A stretch of DNA of 64,000 bases from contig CM022672.1 in assembly GCA_012295275.1 (NCBI GenBank), forward strand, positions 31,620,001 to 31,684,000. Reading direction: 5' to 3'. This document shows positions 25,401 through 37,957 of the stretch, in pieces. Within the stretch, counting starts at the first letter, position 1. Every line of letters starts with the position of its first letter. Origin of the DNA: Chrysomallon squamiferum (lineage: Eukaryota; Animalia; Mollusca). The notes below the pieces were generated by a model. It worked only from the letters and a program-made list of their open reading frames with translations, did no database searches and was not told the origin of the DNA. Position numbers and translations under genes: made by a program.

Positions 25401-26225
25401 ACTTACCAGTCTGTCGGTCCAGAGCCTGGCTGAACTGGTTGATTGGAGGTGGAACTTTCAGCCTCTGTTTGAGAATGGCCTTCTGTCGTTGCAGACGAAC
25501 ATATTTAGGCCATTTAACAAATCTGCTCAAATCTCGTTTTGGCTGGATATCCTGACCTGAAATGTAAATGCCATAATTTTTTTTGTCAAATGTCATTTTA
25601 AATTTTTCAAACTCTGCATTTTTTGACAGAGAAATCAAAATCATAATTTATATGCACTGTTTATCGTAATCATAAATGACACACATTGTTATTACTTTTA
25701 AAAATATTTATAATTATGATCTAAGCATCTGATCTACAAATCAGTTAACGTAAAATTACAAATGACAACATACCAATTCCAAAGTTTTTCGGAGTCTTCT
25801 CAAAAAGAGGGTTTACTACTTTCTTAGATTCTGTCTTCTTTGTAAGGATAGGCGCCGCAGCAGTCTTCTTCCTTCCCTTTTTGGGTTTAGGCTGAAAGTT
25901 TAAACAATTCAGTAAATTCAAAATATGTTATAACGATTATAATGACAACTTTAAGGTCTTGCAAGGCATAATTTGTGCTTATTTACCTAACCATTCTGCA
26001 GGTAAATTATCGAAAATGTGTATTTTTAACTCTCGTGTCAAGGTTTTGTATTAAGATCGAAAAAACATAAACATTTTCAATTACTTATTAAAAATACTTA
26101 TGCTATTAAAATAACTATAATTCATTTATGCTAATAGTATAATGCTGATATTTAACTGATGAATAGCAGATACAGATTAATGTGGATTACTAATATTCTA
26201 ACATATTAAATCTTCAACCCACCAT
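13403..26225 (-). CDS. RPL7A: 60S ribosomal protein L7a (eL8, Surf3), 7 exons, 265 aa
   Basis: Exons 26223-26225 (ATG), 25774-25891, 25407-25556, 16976-17196, 14908-15038, 14634-14703 and 13403-13507. All introns are GT-AG and the total is 798 nt. Motifs [58 protein letters not shown] and IRRHWGGG are present. AATAAA lies at 13393-13398. Confidence 0.98.
14045..14124 (-). ncRNA. SNORD92: Box C/D snoRNA, SNORD92/SNORD53 family, in RPL7A intron 6
   Basis: C box GTGATGA, D box CTGA and terminal stem TGAAAGC/GCTTTCA. The 3' end TCCTTGGCTGTGTCTGA is antisense to 28S CACAGCCAAGG and matches my recollection of SNORD92. Confidence 0.8.
15410..15495 (-). ncRNA. SNORD36: SNORD36/snR47-type dual-guide C/D snoRNA, copy 1 (RPL7A intron 4)
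   Basis: 9-bp terminal stem and C box ATGATGT. D' guide GAATTTCTTCAC is antisense to 28S GTGAAGAAATTC. D guide CGAGCTTTTTAA is antisense to 18S TTAAAAAGCTCG. Confidence 0.92.
15869..15948 (-). ncRNA. SNORD36: SNORD36 copy 2 (RPL7A intron 4)
   Basis: Same two guides and boxes as copy 1, with an imperfect extended terminal stem. Confidence 0.88.
16333..16415 (-). ncRNA. Divergent or decaying SNORD24-like C/D snoRNA copy (intron 4)
   Basis: Aligns with the 17394-17477 copy (ATGATGA...CTAGATCTCTGA), but both guides and the terminal stem are mutated. Confidence 0.5.
16643..16728 (-). ncRNA. SNORD36: SNORD36 copy 3 (RPL7A intron 4)
   Basis: 8-bp stem AAGTTTGC/GCAAACTT, both guides intact, C box ATGATGC. 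Confidence 0.88.
17394..17477 (-). ncRNA. SNORD24: SNORD24 (U24)-like C/D snoRNA, copy A (RPL7A intron 3)
   Basis: 8-bp stem AACCAAGC/GCTTGGTT, C box GTGATGA, internal CTGA (D'). D guide CTACCACCTAGATCT matches the canonical antisense CTACCACCAAGATCT to 28S at 14 of 15 positions. Confidence 0.8.
18592..18669 (-). ncRNA. SNORD36: SNORD36 copy 4 (RPL7A intron 3)
   Basis: Stem GTTTGC/GCAAAC and perfect C box GTGATGA. The 18S guide is largely intact; the 28S guide carries substitutions (AAATTTCTTTAC). Confidence 0.82.
19101..19168 (-). mobile_element. Degenerate tRNA-derived SINE head fragment
   Basis: Minus strand has an A-box-like AGCTCAGTTGGTTAAG and a B-box-like GGTTCAAATC, but no complete cloverleaf. 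Confidence 0.45.
19569..19652 (-). ncRNA. SNORD24: SNORD24-like copy B, a recent duplicate of 17394-17477
   Basis: Identical to copy A, inside a near-identical block of about 165 bp (about 17388-17552 versus 19563-19728). Confidence 0.8.
20340..21700. repeat. Subterminal tandem array: about 7 units of about 195 bp with a 388-bp A/B higher-order period
   Basis: AATTTTCAACA-like anchor at about 20351, 20550, 20751, 20942, 21139, 21330 and 21529. Confidence 0.9.
22161..23132 (+). CDS. Transposon-borne 323-aa ORF with CxxC and C-terminal coiled coil; probable truncated transposase N-terminus
   Basis: Intact ORF from ATG 22161, preceded by a polypyrimidine-CAG acceptor ending at 22146. It ends just inside an internal duplication. 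No DDE domain is visible. Confidence 0.55.
   Translation: MPFSNKRQCLIRCNQTSLGRQHLQEKYSTVPATDEFLKGHVLYIYISCGNSRATTVSELCSHFSLTPTPVLRLSLEVKKVVYQFDKFRHAEQFTKFMCLCSEIFLLTESCNLEDVPGKQDEPQPGPRCNPQYVTASPEPHNLLDSSSLCGEDTEEPAIPILTKPPMKTRQTKKCLSCKLLNNSLTNMRLKQLQLQRSTQIAIRDARAQQKKKGYVKFLNQTIRRKEEQIAKFQEQSTVSKVIMHEAKSTLSNFKKTHEQMKKYHNEKKNKTESETLLLSAKNEISELKIKLEIKQKEIIDLQRDKILLEEKLHESIMSNTMCM
23111..24101. repeat. Direct duplication of about 280-315 bp inside the transposon (23111-23392 versus 23785-24101)
   Basis: Both copies start GAGCAATACA.TGTGTATGTAATCATGACA and end TACCTCTGGTAC. Confidence 0.85.
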
Positions 26226-26239
26226 GTTGACGAGTTGGT

Positions 26240-26275
26240 GAAAAAGGAAGAGAAGCTTCACGCAGAAGCGGAAAT
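26240..26275 (-). promoter_or_regulatory. Polypyrimidine (TCT / 5'TOP) initiator of RPL7A, with adjacent ETS-like GCGGAAAT
   Basis: Minus strand reads CTTCTCTTCCTTTTTC 15-30 nt upstream of the ATG, typical of ribosomal protein genes. GCGGAAAT lies at 26268-26275. Confidence 0.75.
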
Positions 26276-26784
26276 AGATTGTTTACGGTGAATAAACCGT
26301 ACCAGGAATTTGGACCAGTGAATTAAAACAATTCTGTTTTCAGATATTATAATTATTAGAAAGTGAACAAATGGGGAAGGGAATGTCGAGAATATATATA
26401 TTTTTTTTTAATTGTAATAATAAGTTACAATTTAAAAAAGCATATAATCTAAACTGATTTAATTAAAATATGTTGATATGAAATAACTGTTTTAGAATAT
26501 TAATAATAATTAATTAACTCTTTAAAAGTTTTACACAGCCAAATTAGTATTGGCTTAGTCAAATAAAAAGAATAAATAAATAAAACCTATAATAAGCACT
26601 GACAAAATATACAACAATACGGTCCGACATCACTGGTCCGAACATTTGTTGTTGTTTTTCTCGATTAATCTGTTCTCCTTTGAAGATACATTATTTTGCG
26701 CCACGTTTGTTCACATCGCATCTGAGTCGGTATTTTTATTTATCTGATTTTTCACGCATATAAATTAACTGTATACATTGAATA

Positions 26785-26935
26785 ATGACACAACAACAAC
26801 AACGTATGCCTCAAAGTAAAGATGCACTACTTCAGTCCTACACCAAACGGTTGAAAGACGATATTAAATCGATGTTGGACAATTTCACTGAAGTCATCAA
26901 ACTTGCAAGAGTAAGCGAATTATTATTGTTTTTAC

Positions 26936-26980
<45 letters not shown>

Positions 26981-28509
26981 CATCAAATCAAGTCAGTTTA
27001 TTAACCACTTATAATTTAATTTTCATTATGCAATCTGGTTTTCTTCGAACAACTACAGTGTACTTCAGTATAATAATAATTGTATTCATCATTATTTCAC
27101 GTTTATAAAATAATTAAAAGGATGCAGGAGTTTGGATATAATATGATTTAAAAATATCTATATATTATTATAATTTTTTGTTTTTCAAATCAAGTGGTTA
27201 AACGTAAAGGAAATTTGATGGCTTACATTTTGGAGAGTTATGAGTTACATCTGTATTTTAATTATATTCATTGTACAAATATAAGTTGTTCAATATAATC
27301 TAATCTTTTCTTCCCTATTAATTTTTTTTTTTTTTTTTGCTTCTTTAGTTTTCTTATTTGATTTAATTTTGTTTTTAATTATTATAATTGTACATAATTT
27401 ATTATTATTATTATTATTTAGCCACTGACACAAAACTTGCCAGTGACTTGATTGATGGACAGTTATTCTCACAGTTGATGAAAAACACTGGAAGTGTGGT
27501 GGGCAACCTCTGCATTAACCAGCTTATGAAGAAACTAATAAATGTTTTTAATAATAATTACCCATTAGCAGAAATTAAACTGACAAAAGTGAGTGGGTCC
27601 CAGCAAACGAATACAGAAATAAATTATAGCAGCTGAAATAATAATATTTTTCTATTTTTCTAAGATGGAGGAAGACTCCGAGAGTATGAAGTCAGCTTTA
27701 GCTAGAGCATCAGTTAGTGAACAAGACCACTACGAAATGCAAGTCAGATCTGCAAACATTGCAAGTTCTTTTTTTTTACTTTAAATAATAATACACTTAT
27801 TTATATATTAATAGTAAAATATCACTGACTATTTATAAAAGGTAAATAATAATATAAAACCGTTAGAAAGGAGTATAATCCTGTTACCATTAATGATTTA
27901 ATCATAGAGATTTTTTTTACTATTTTCTAGATTTTTGTTATTAATCAGATACAAACAGATATACATTAGTAAGCTAGCTGTGGATCCAAAAGATAAAAAA
28001 GTTACAGAAAATAAACAATATTAACAAAACTTAGTAGAGAGTAATTATTTTTAATCTTTTTTTATTTTATTTCTTTTAGCATAATTATTTCTGTCTCCCA
28101 GATTACAAAATATTTTTCAGATGAATATATTTTTTTATTTTTAAGTTTTAATTTTTTTTTTTTAAGTATTATTTGTGTTTACAATACAATATTTTCTTTC
28201 TTTTTTTTTTTTTTGTTGTTTAAATTGTTTTTATTATTATTATTTTTTTACATTTTATTTATGTTTACGAATGATTTTTTTTTTGTGCAGGTTCGAGCAG
28301 GAGAATCGTTGATGCAGCTGGTTTCTGATCTAAAACAGTTTTTGATTCTGAACGACTTTCCCTCTGTTAATGAATCAATCAGTTCCAACTCGCACCTGTA
28401 CAAACAGCTGCAGAACGATGTAGACGCGAAGCTGATGAACTTGCGAGACGAAATGGCCGCCGATCTTTACGAACTAGAAGAAGAATATTATTCATCTGTG
28501 TATAAATAA
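26785..28509 (+). CDS. MED22: Mediator subunit 22 (Surf5), 3 coding exons, 146 aa
   Basis: Exons 26785-26910, 27665-27760 and 28291-28509. Motifs [43 protein letters not shown]|[26 protein letters not shown] and [11 protein letters not shown] are present. Confidence 0.97.
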
Positions 28510-29449
28510 CAAAAACAGTTTTAAATTTTTTTTTTATTATTATTATTTTACTTAGTTCTCCACTTATTTGTACTCATTAACTGCTGAAAATCTGAAACTG
28601 GGAGATAAACCCACACTGATTTCAGTTTTGAAATAGGTGATCATGGATTTGAATATAATCAAATCATTTTACAACTCAAACAATTTCAATTGTAAAAGTC
28701 AATTTGTTTTTTTTTCAATCCACTTTCTACTGTCTCCAAAAGACAATAAATCATGTTTATCTTCATTCTACCATTTGAGTAAAATCAGACTTGTGTTGGA
28801 GCTAAAGTTCAGAATGTTTTTTTTTAAAGTGAAATTGTATCACAATTTTATGTGAAATTTCAATCATGTTTGAAATGAAATCATGCTTGTCTGTTGAAAA
28901 AAATAACTACAAACTTTTGTTTCACTTCAATATTTTTTCGAAAAGTCATGGTAGAATGTTGGACGTCCCCTCTGTAAAATGTCTAGGTCACTCCTGTAGA
29001 GTGTGCTATGTAATGGAGGCACGACATTTTACACAATTAATCCCTAATGGTGGACCAGCAGGGGTTACCTCCCTTCTAAAAGAGTCTAGTAAAAAAGTGC
29101 ATGCTTTCCTGTGAATAGTTGAAAGACAATTTGAAAGTTGTCAAATCTAAATCACCAGCTGATTAATACAAACCATACTTGACTTTTGGATCTAAATCAT
29201 CATTCGGAATTCCTGGGCTGCGTCTGTTACGTTTGTACACAGACACAATTTCCAGGAAGAATCAGGAAAGTGTTTCAGTTTAACTGCTGCTTCTAGCTGT
29301 TGCCATGGATGTAGACAGGTGCTGTGTGTTGGGATATTGATCTCTGTGTGACTTTACCTTGTAAATGGGTTCTTTGAATTAACATATTATTTTGCAAAGC
29401 AGCTCACGATTGTGACTTTTTCTTAGTACACAAAATAATGGAACCTACC

Positions 29450-30145
29450 AGAAAGAGATGGCTAATAACAAACGTATGAAATAATTAAGTATTGTGAAGC
29501 AGCCAATCCTGGTGAGTGAGATAAAGGTTCAAATGAAGGAGAGATTCAAGATTACCTCACACAATTAAATGACATTTAAAAGAAAAAAACTCTAAAGTGA
29601 TTGAGGCCATGAAGAAGGGTGAACCTCCCAGTTCAAGAAAATGGGTACAAAACACGTCAAGCATGTGATATTTGAAGATGTTGACTCCATGTTAAATGGA
29701 TTCGATAAATTACTGCTAGATTTGAAATTCTTATCAATGGTGAAATTCTACTTCAAAAAAAGGACAAGGTTTTGCTGAGAAACTTAGTCACAAGGATGGT
29801 GAGAAACTGAATGACAGTTGGATTGATCGTTTTAAGAAAAGGTGTGGAAACAGAAAAGTGTTTAAATTTGGGCGAATCTGGGGATGTTAATACAGCAGTG
29901 GTTGAAGAATGGAAAACAGAAAAATTCAAGGACATTCTCCAGTGATATGAACCACAGGACATGATGAAAGCAGATTATTGTGGTAGTTTCCACCAGAGAA
30001 CAAGCAAAGATAAATCATCATTTTTGCCAACTTATGTTTACAAGTTCACTTTATGATGATGTAATATTACTTGTCATATCTCTAAGTTGTCCAAAAAAAA
30101 TCTTGAACCAGAAAGTGAAGACTTAGGCTAGCTGCATTTACTGTA
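29450..30145 (+). mobile_element. Degenerate pogo/Tigger (CENP-B HTH) transposase fossil
   Basis: Broken frames give EDVD..WF, INGEILLQK, SWIDRFKKRCG and GESGDVNTAVVEEWK...YEPQD with stops and frameshifts. A possible terminus TTTACTG-TA lies at about 30143. Confidence 0.7.
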
Positions 30146-30648
30146 TTTACAAGAAAATTGTGTGAAATATTTTCTTTTTAAATAAACATCATGACAAAGA
30201 GAAAATATAAATGACAATGATGATAATAAATGGAATTAATAATAATCAAGAGAAATATATTTATACCAAAAAACAAAACAAAACGAAACAACACAAAGCA
30301 AGACCAACAACATTAAATCAGTTTTTAATATTTTATTATTCTACAAATGTAAAGCACATGATATGGATATATATGTGTGTGTGTGTGTTGGGGTATGAAT
30401 AAAGAATTCAAATTAATGCTGAAATTACATAACATGAACACAGTGATAATACAAACAGCACACGTTTTATCTATTAGTGAACTAATTTTCAAAGTACTAA
30501 AACAAGCAAAGGTAATACAAAAAAAAAAAATTCTTGGGTTAGGCTGACAACTGGATCCAATTAAAGGTGAAGTTGTAAAACAAATTTGTGATCAGGCTGA
30601 ACCTGTTGTAGAAGGAGCAACACTAGAAAAGAAAACTGATGATTTCTG

Positions 30649-33001
30649 TTATGTCTTGATTTTTTTAACAATGTCAGCCAAAAGAGAATAACAGCTTCCT
30701 GAAATAAAAAAAAAAAATTATTAAAAATTATAATTAAATAAATTATACAGTAAAAAAGTTATTAATTAAAATAGAAAAAACAAACTGTAAATAAAAAGAT
30801 ATTAAGTGTTAATCTGATTGTTTAAATTAAAAAATATTCACTCATAGAAAACAGATTGTGTAAAATAAATAATAATATTAACTGAAACAAAAACGTTATT
30901 TAAATAACTTATTAAATACTAAGTTATTAATGTAAAAAAAAAAAAAAAAAAAAATGATTATTTAAATAATAATTACTGAAATAGAAACCAGACTATATAA
31001 ATAATAGAGAAAAATGTAAGAATAATCAGGTATTTTTAAAATATCTGGCCTTATATTCAAGTTATGAAACAGATTTCAATAATACAGGAAACAAACTGCA
31101 GAATAGCAAGAATAAAAAAAAAAAAAAAAAAAAAAAAAAATAAAAATTTATAAAGAAAAATATAGCAATAATAATAATAAAAAACAATGTATTTTAATTT
31201 ATATTATATGTCTATTATAATTATAATAATAAAAGTAAAAATATATTATATATGTAAAAGTAACAATGACCAATTAAAATTGCAGATTACAATTTAGCAC
31301 AAGAAGTGTATGAAAAATTACTTGTAGTTAAAAAAAAGAAGAAAAGAAGAGTTTAGATGTCTAATGTCATTTTAATTTAACAAATGTTTTCAGTGATGTA
31401 AGAAATGTAGTCCACTGCGTCTACATTGGAACAGAAGCCAACCAGTAGCAAGAAACTACAAACTATGTAAATAACAAGTCATTATTTACTATCTCTACTC
31501 CATTTATAAATAAAAATTTAATAGAAAGTTTAATTTATTATTTGAAAAGAAAATAAGGAATTATTTGTTTCATGATAAATTTAAAAAAAAAAAAAATCTA
31601 TTAGGGAATCAAAAAGCAAAAGATCAAAATTAAAAATTTATTAAAAATTAGTTTTTAATAGCAATAGAAGTGAAATATTTAGTAATTAATTTTTAATAGA
31701 TGTATAAAGTTTTAATATACCTTCGTCATTTAATTTATTTAACTATGAAATAAATAAACAAGACTGAAAAATGTTACTAAAACTAACTAATAATGGTATT
31801 TATTAATATTGTATTAAGAAGTAACAACAACAACAACAACAACAATAAATTATTAATAAATAATAAAAAATCTATACTAGTAACGGCAAAAAAAGGTGAA
31901 TTGACAAATTAACGTTAATCCAAAATCAGAAAAAAGTCTTTACACTGCTCCCTCAAATTAAAACAAAAAAAAAAAAAAAAAAAAATAATAACAACAATAA
32001 AAGAACATGTTAAAATATCTGAAAACTAAACTTTATACCATAAAACAAAATATTAATGAAAAAATAATAATAATAATAGAAGGTCTTAAAACAAAAAATT
32101 AATGAAAAATATAAATTTTAATTAAATAGTTTAATTTTTATTTTTTTACCATCTTGTTGAGAACTGACAAATTTGCTGAGGTCAAGGCAGGCAGCTTTGA
32201 GATGACCTTCAAGAATGACCTTAAGGTCAGGGTCAAGTCTGCGTGACCTGCTCAAGATGTGAACGAGTGTTCCCTTTTTGTTACACGTTCCATCTTCATA
32301 TTCATCCATGCATGACATAGCAATTGTAGCATAGTCATAGTCTGTGTACAAAACCTTCCAGGAATCTGTAAATAATTTTAAATTTAATTTATATTAATAT
32401 CTGGAATAATCGAAATATTGAAATTCTTGCTAACTGTTTGTAATTATCAGTATTAATTGGTAATTTTTAATTTTTTTATAATTATTAGTTTTTAATTAAT
32501 TTTTTTTACTTTTGTTATAATTATAATAGATATATAAATTAAAATATATACGTTCCTTTTTATTTTATTTTATTTTTGATTATTATTATTATTTTATTTT
32601 TTAATCTTTTAAATTTATTATTAATATTATTATAATTTTTTATTATTGCTATTATTATTATTTTTTTTTAAATTTATTATTAATATAATTTATTATTATT
32701 ATTATTATTATTATTAAATCTTTTCTTTTTTAATATTATTTATTATTATTATTATTTTATTCTTGCTATTTATTCATTTAACAGTCATTGTCATCTGGTT
32801 TTATTAATTTTGTTGATGGACAACAGATCAAAATGGAAAATATTTAATAATTTTGAACAACAGATTTATATATTATGCTCTTTATGTATGACATATGAGT
32901 GAGGGTATATGTGTTTTCAGTGTGTGTGTGTGTGTATATATATATGTATATATATTTTATATCTACATCTCTGTACATTTATGTGTGTGTGTGCATGTGT
33001 G

Positions 33002-33048
<47 letters not shown>

Positions 33049-34185
33049 ATGCGTGTGTGTGTGTGTGCGTGTGTGTGTGCATGAGTTTGTAAATTGTTTA
33101 TAAACAAAACAACACCTACTCCAGCTCCACAGTCCAGGCATTCTTATTCGTCCAAGAAAGTGACCGTCAGGCCTAGCTGGACATCTCGGTTTCAAGTCAC
33201 CGGTCATTGACATACACTGCCCATCTGGTCTGAAAATGTAATTAGTGACTTGAACATCTTGTTGTAAATCATTCTTTTATAAAAGCAAAGGACATACAAC
33301 TGAGGATGCAGCAGGCAACTGGGGGAATTTAGGTAAAGGAAGAAAAAAATGGTGGTTGTAACAATCACTCTCTGTTCCCCATAACAAAAAGTCCTGGTAT
33401 GCCAAAGTTCAAAACATTTGAAAGAAATTTAAAAAAAAAAATTCTATAATTCAATTTTGAATTTATTAAATAAATAAATGATAAATTTGAAAATAGTCTC
33501 TATATAAAAACAGTAATAATAATAATAATAAAAACTCTATATAATTCTATTTTGCATTCATATCAATTAAATGATCATTTTTAAAATAAATATTTAGAAA
33601 TAAAAATTATCTGGTTATAATCATGAATGCTGTTTTGTTTGGTTAATGATTTTTCTTTGGACATAATCTATTATTAACAATATATGTATACATGTATAAC
33701 AGTATTTTCCCTGTTTCCATTAGATAAAAAATGCATTACAGGCATTTCAGTTTTAAATATAAAGAAGATATATTTAAATAACAGCCCTAGATTAAGTCTA
33801 AGAGGTGTGGCCAATATTTAATAAACAACACTAGATTGGTTTTAACTAAAGGGGTGTGGCCAGAATATAATTAACAACATTAGATTGGTTCCAACTATTA
33901 AGGGGTGTGCTGATATTTGATTGATAGTTCTGGATTAGTTTTGCTTGATAAAGAGGGTGTGGCTAATGTTTAACTGACAAAAGACAAAAGTATGCAGTGA
34001 CAATGAGTATAATATTGTTCCTTATCTCTGTTTTAAATAATTTTTAAAAAGTGATGCAAAATTATTAAAGACCTATTTGAAATTAAAGAAGAATGTCAAA
34101 AAAAAAGGAATTTTTGTTTTTATATATATTTTTTTGTTTTTTAAAATTTTTATCCAACTAATGAATTTTTTTCTTGTTTGTTTGT

Positions 34186-34236
<51 letters not shown>

Positions 34237-35876
34237 TTATATGTTATATTATCCAAAAATCAACTGAGAGAAATAGACAGGGAGATTTTTTTTGTTGTGT
34301 GTAGCAAAACACGTTAAGAGCTTCAGATTATTAATTCCTCAAGTTCACATTATTACAGTATTTTACAACATATATATGTAAAAAAAAAAATAGAAAATTA
34401 CCCACTAAAGCTGTCAGTGGATATATTTACATTACAGTTTTTTTTTTTTTTTTTTACCGTTTTCCAGCAAATAAAAATTTCATGGAACCGTTTCCCATTG
34501 GTAAATAGTGACAAATGACTGACATCATTTTTGTGGCATCATTTCCAATTTGAGCTATTTCATACCAGAACCCCGATATCTATAAAAAAATTTTTTATTA
34601 AAATAAAAAAATTAATAATAAAATAAATACTTTTTTAATGTTTTCAAAAGAAAAAGAAACAAAAGATAATTTGGTAGCAAAAAAATATAAAATATATATT
34701 AAATCTTTTTTTTAAAGTATTAATAAAATTATTTTAAGAAAGAAGATACTTTATAATAAAAAAAATGTAGAATAATATTACAACCATATGTACATTGTAT
34801 TTATTTTAATTTTTAAAGATATTTTGGAAGTGTATAAAATTATGTAACAAAAATATTTTTGTATAGTTTTGTTTATTTATTATTTCTGTTTAAGCACAAA
34901 TAATTTTTGGAGGGTTTAAAATTATATTTATTTTATTTTTATATTTAAGTCTTTTTTTAAAACTATTTTGAAATATATAAAATATATATATATATGTTTC
35001 ATTTTTTACTTTTCATTACTAGTAAGTGTTAAAATATATTCAGATTATATTTTAAATATGTTTAATTTTTGTTAATAATAATTTCAAAAAGCAAAACATA
35101 TATTATGCCTAGATAGGTTTTAATATATCTAAATAGAAATAATAAGAAGATTATTCACAATCAAATAAAAAATATAATAATGTGTATTATGAACATTTAA
35201 TTTAATTTGTTTTTTTAAATTTAATAATTTCAATCATATAATCAAAACTGTCCTATTTAAAAAAATAATTATTTGGAAGTGTATAAAAATATATTTCAGG
35301 CTATGTTTCTCGTATATTTGAAAAAAGAATCTGATTTGGAAATGTACTGAAAATAATGATAATAATAATAATATTAATAATAATAATAGTAGTAGTAGTA
35401 GTAATACTAAAGTAGTAAAAAAAATAATAACAATGTTAAAAAAATAATAAATAATGTAATAATAATAATAATAAAAAATAAGAAGAATAATATTAAAATA
35501 ATAATAGTAGTAATAACAACAACAACAACAGCAACAACAACAACAATAATAATAAATAAATAAATAAACAAATACATAAATAATAGTAAAGATAACAACA
35601 TTCTCTGTTAACATCTATACTGACAACTGTATTATTATTAATAATAATCATAATAATAACAATAATGACAACAATAACAATAATAACAGCAATAATAATA
35701 ACAATAAATAAATAAACAAATAAATAAACAAATAAATAAATAACAGTAAAGATAACGACGTACTCTGTTAACATCTATACTGACAACTGGTAGATTGTCT
35801 ACTGCGCACACAGATTCAGTCAAAAGTGGTTCAGCGGAAACCATGGAAACCTGTGCAAGAAAGTGTCTGTAGTAGT
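30649..35876 (-). CDS. Lipocalin domain 7 (C-terminal, most RBP4-like)
   Basis: VCAVDNLPV..|ISGFWYEIA..|DGQCM..|[34 protein letters not shown]..|[16 protein letters not shown]. Confidence 0.9.
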
Positions 35877-36550
35877 CTGAAAACACAAACAATAAAATAT
35901 TCTGTTGTAATGTTATTTGTAAATAAAATAATAATAATAATAATAATAATTCTGAACAGATTTATTTAATTCTGGTTATTGTTACAGAAGTGACATTTTG
36001 CTGTCTGATTTCAGTAGTTTGAATGAAGGTAAAAGTAGATTTACAACAAAAGAAAATAACTCAATATCAAAAATATGATGTGAGAGGGTTTTTTTTGTAA
36101 CTAGATGTATTGTGATGTTTAAAACAGAAACCATAGTTACATGGAACAAAGTATTAAATGATGTTTAAAAAAAAAATAAAGAAAAAAAAAAAAATGTTTT
36201 ATTTTCATTAGTCTAACAATAAGTTGAAACTAGGTAGAACATATTTAGGATATTTATCTTTTTTTCTCACTTGAGTAAAACCAAATGAAACAAAAATAAC
36301 ATAAACAGTAGAGAATAGATTTAGTTTGTTTGTTCATGAAGTATCTAAAAACATATTTCAAATAAATAATTAACTAATAATTAGACAAACATATATTAAT
36401 AAATAAACATATACACATAAACATATATATATATACACTCATATATATATATATATATATATATACATAAACACTCATATGTTTTGTGTGTATGTGTGTG
36501 TGGTTATATCAGTAAATACCATGCACTTTAAACTAGATATGAAACTTGAT

Positions 36551-36605
<55 letters not shown>

Positions 36606-37181
36606 CATACATATATATATAATATATGCCAGAACATACCTTCAGTATTCAGTGGTATCATAAAATTAGATGCAGTGAAGCAGTCGTCGTGAACAGCACT
36701 AGTTATGTCCCTTAGTCGTGCCGTGTCGAAGTGTTCCGATCTTGACAAGACGTCAATTCGAGCTCCTGACACCAGACAGAACCCCTCCTGCTCCTTCACA
36801 CACCAGTACAGCACCAGCTCCTCCCTGTTCACAGCCACTATCTTTACACTAGCTGCAAGATTTGTTTATTTATTTATTTATTTATTTGTTTATTTGTTTA
36901 CTTATTTATTTATTTAGTTACTTAAGTATTTATTTATTTATTTATTTATTTTATTTATTTACATACTTATTTACTTATTTATTTATATATTTATTTCTTT
37001 ATTTATTTGTTTGTTTTATTTGCTTACTGTATTTATTTTTTTTTGAATATGAATTTATTTATTGTGTGTGTTAAAGTATGTTTGTTTATTTAATTATTTA
37101 TTTATTAATTTTTGTATTTATTTATTTATTTATTTATATATGTTTGTGTATTTATTTATTTATGGAAATTTGTTTGTTTGT

Positions 37182-37232
<51 letters not shown>

Positions 37233-37859
37233 TTTGTGTGTTTATTTATTAGTTTTTAAATATGTGTCATTTTATTTATTTAGTAATTTAGGTGTTTCTT
37301 TTAATATAAATATGTGTATTTAAATGTGTGTATCTGTGTCTGTTTATTAATGTACGTGAGTATATTTATTATTTGTTTATTTCATTGTATGTTTACCTGT
37401 ATTACTTTAATAACAATCTATGACAAGCTATGACATGACGTCCAAAACAAAATAAAAATAACAAATTAGAAATAAAGAGAATTGTTTAGTCATACTGACA
37501 CAAGTAAATGCTAATAAGAAATGAGTAAAATACTCACTCCACTGTTTAAACGAGGTAGAAGAGTAGGTACTGATGTAGTCTCCAGTTCCTCTACATCTCT
37601 GTTTTAGTATAACTGTGTCCCGGTATTTATTTCTGTAAACATAGTAAAACAAGATGAGAGTGAGATAGAAAGAAAAAGAAACATACATAGAGAGACAGAG
37701 GGAGAGAGAAAGGCAGAGAGACAGAAAGAAACAGAGACAGAGGCAGAGACACACAGACAGAAAGAGAGTGAGACACAGAAAAAGACAGAAAGAGAGAGAG
37801 ACAGAGACACAGAGACAGAAAGAGAGTTGAGAGAGACAGAGATACAGAGAGAAAGACAC

Positions 37860-37957
<98 letters not shown>

